From Candidatus Thorarchaeota archaeon (GTDB lineage: Archaea > Asgardarchaeota > Thorarchaeia > Thorarchaeales > Thorarchaeaceae), in contig JBHLQH010000053.1 of assembly GCA_048884965.1 (NCBI GenBank), positions 1 to 17,010 on the forward strand: a stretch of 17,010 nt of DNA, in the 5' to 3' direction. This document shows, in pieces, positions 15,787-17,010 of this stretch. Made by a program: the position numbers and the translations under genes. The notes beneath the pieces are model-generated. The model saw nothing but the letters and a program-made list of their open reading frames with translations. It searched no databases and was not told the DNA's origin. The first letter of the stretch is position 1. Each line of letters starts with the position of its first letter.

Positions 15787-15863
15787 CCTACTATCTCTTC
15801 GTGACTTGCAATTATATATGAGTACAGCAAGTAAATCACTATGAAATTCACGAGGAATGTTCC

Positions 15864-16391
15864 ATGACACATGATTGTATGAAGGCACTTGCAAGTAGGC
15901 AATCAATCCGAAAATTCACGGATTCACCTGTATCCGATCAGATGATTGATAACATAATCAAGATGGCTCTCCAAGCTCCTTCTGCAGGGAATCGGCAGCC
16001 ATGGAGAATAGTAGTCGTACGCGATCGCGAGAGATTGGAGAAGCTATCTAAAGCGGCCTTTGGGCAGCAGTTCGTCGCATCGTGTCAAGTACTACTTGGA
16101 ATCTTTGGAGTACCTGAGGAATCTGCTGAGAGATATGCTGATCGAGGTCGCGATCTCTATGTATTTCAGGACACTGCAGCACTTACGTACGCCTTACTCC
16201 TTGGTATTCATTTCAATGGACTTGGAGGATGCTGGGTAGGTGCTTTTGACGATGCCGCAGTTGCAGAGATATTCCAAGCACCTGATGGATACCGTCCGGT
16301 CGCTATGATACCTGTTGGTCAGTATGAAGCACAACCTCCACCACGTCCTAGACGAGGCATTTCAGAGGTAGTACTAAAGGAAACATTCTAG
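15864..16391 (+). CDS. Nitroreductase family protein (FMN-binding)
   Basis: SRQSIRKF, APSAGNRQPW, QDTA, GLGGCWVGAFD, PVAMIPVG motifs; GAGG SD. Confidence 0.93.
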   Translation: MTHDCMKALASRQSIRKFTDSPVSDQMIDNIIKMALQAPSAGNRQPWRIVVVRDRERLEKLSKAAFGQQFVASCQVLLGIFGVPEESAERYADRGRDLYVFQDTAALTYALLLGIHFNGLGGCWVGAFDDAAVAEIFQAPDGYRPVAMIPVGQYEAQPPPRPRRGISEVVLKETF

Positions 16392-16453
16392 CATAGCACT
16401 CTGTACTCATATTGATATGTGGAATACCTTCTAGAAAGAGAGGTCGAATTGGA

Positions 16454-17010
16454 ATGAAGAGATTAGTAGCAACTCCAAGCACGTTCTCCATCGTGGCTCG
16501 TGATGATTCAAATGGCGATCTGGGAATCATCGTCCAATCCAAGTTCCCATGTGTTGGTTCTGTGGTTCCTTGGGCAGAGGCTGAGGTAGGTGCGATTGCA
16601 ACACAGGCCTGGGCGAATGTATCATATGGACCTCGAGGTCTAGCTCTTCTACGGGATGGGAAATCTGCCAAAGAAACCCTATCCCACTTGATTGCGAGTG
16701 ATGATGGCTCGCAACACAGGCAGATTGGCATTGTAGATGGTAGAGGAAATGTTGCAGCGCATACCGGTGAGGAATGCATGAACTGGGCAGGTCATATCAC
16801 AGGTGATGGATATACCTGTCAAGGAAATATCCTCGCTGGTGAAGCGGTCGTCATCAATATGGCTGAAGCATACGAGAAGACTGAGGGTGATCTCATTGAC
16901 AAGCTCGTGGCTGCATTGAAGGCTGGACAATCAGCAGGCGGTGATAAGAGAGGGATGCAGTCCGCAGCACTCTTTATCGTTCGAAAAGAGGGTGGCTATG
17001 AAGGTGGGAA
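16454..17010 (+). CDS. DUF1028 family protein (putative Ntn-hydrolase), truncated at window end
   Basis: Not in ORF track; ATG 16454 after GAGAGGT; MKRLVATPSTFSIVARD..GDLGIIVQSKFPCVGSVVPWA..EVGAIATQA...GGDKRGMQSAAL; open to 17010. Confidence 0.9.
   Translation, partial: MKRLVATPSTFSIVARDDSNGDLGIIVQSKFPCVGSVVPWAEAEVGAIATQAWANVSYGPRGLALLRDGKSAKETLSHLIASDDGSQHRQIGIVDGRGNVAAHTGEECMNWAGHITGDGYTCQGNILAGEAVVINMAEAYEKTEGDLIDKLVAALKAGQSAGGDKRGMQSAALFIVRKEGGYEGG

Noticed and set aside
16348-16930. Minus-strand ORFs of 143 and 83 aa
   Set aside because: Shadows of the + strand DUF1028 gene
1-17010. CRISPR array, tRNA/rRNA, transposase or integrase
   Set aside because: No regularly spaced repeats, cloverleaf, rRNA-like sequence or recombinase motifs seen by eye

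Overview
Gene-dense archaeal window, most likely Asgard (Thorarchaeota-like). This taxonomy is inferred from a longin-domain protein, an adaptin-ear-like domain, archaeal-type two-component genes, GGAGG/GGTG SD sites and oligo-T terminators. Left to right: the Zn-ribbon tail of an upstream gene; a type-I membrane protein (beta-propeller + Ig, TM, cytoplasmic adaptin-appendage-like domain, Zn ribbon); a large membrane protein overlapping a wHTH-2TM regulator; a two-component cluster (multi-TM kinase with a degenerate ATP-binding domain, PAS kinase, stand-alone CheY-like receiver, third kinase); a longin + winged-helix protein resembling NPRL2; a membrane-anchored FG-GAP propeller protein with two Ser/Thr-rich amphipathic hairpin segments; and a TPR protein. 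The most striking feature is missing from the ORF track. The 'intergenic' gap 14931-15394 is tiled by four head-to-tail microprotein ORFs (36, 37, 32, 39 aa), each with an SD-like motif, two clearly related. They are transcribed divergently from the TPR gene and followed by a 62-aa Lys/Ala-rich protein, a nitroreductase and a truncated DUF1028 gene. No rRNA, tRNA, CRISPR array or transposase was seen. All family calls are from motif recognition by eye, not from searches.
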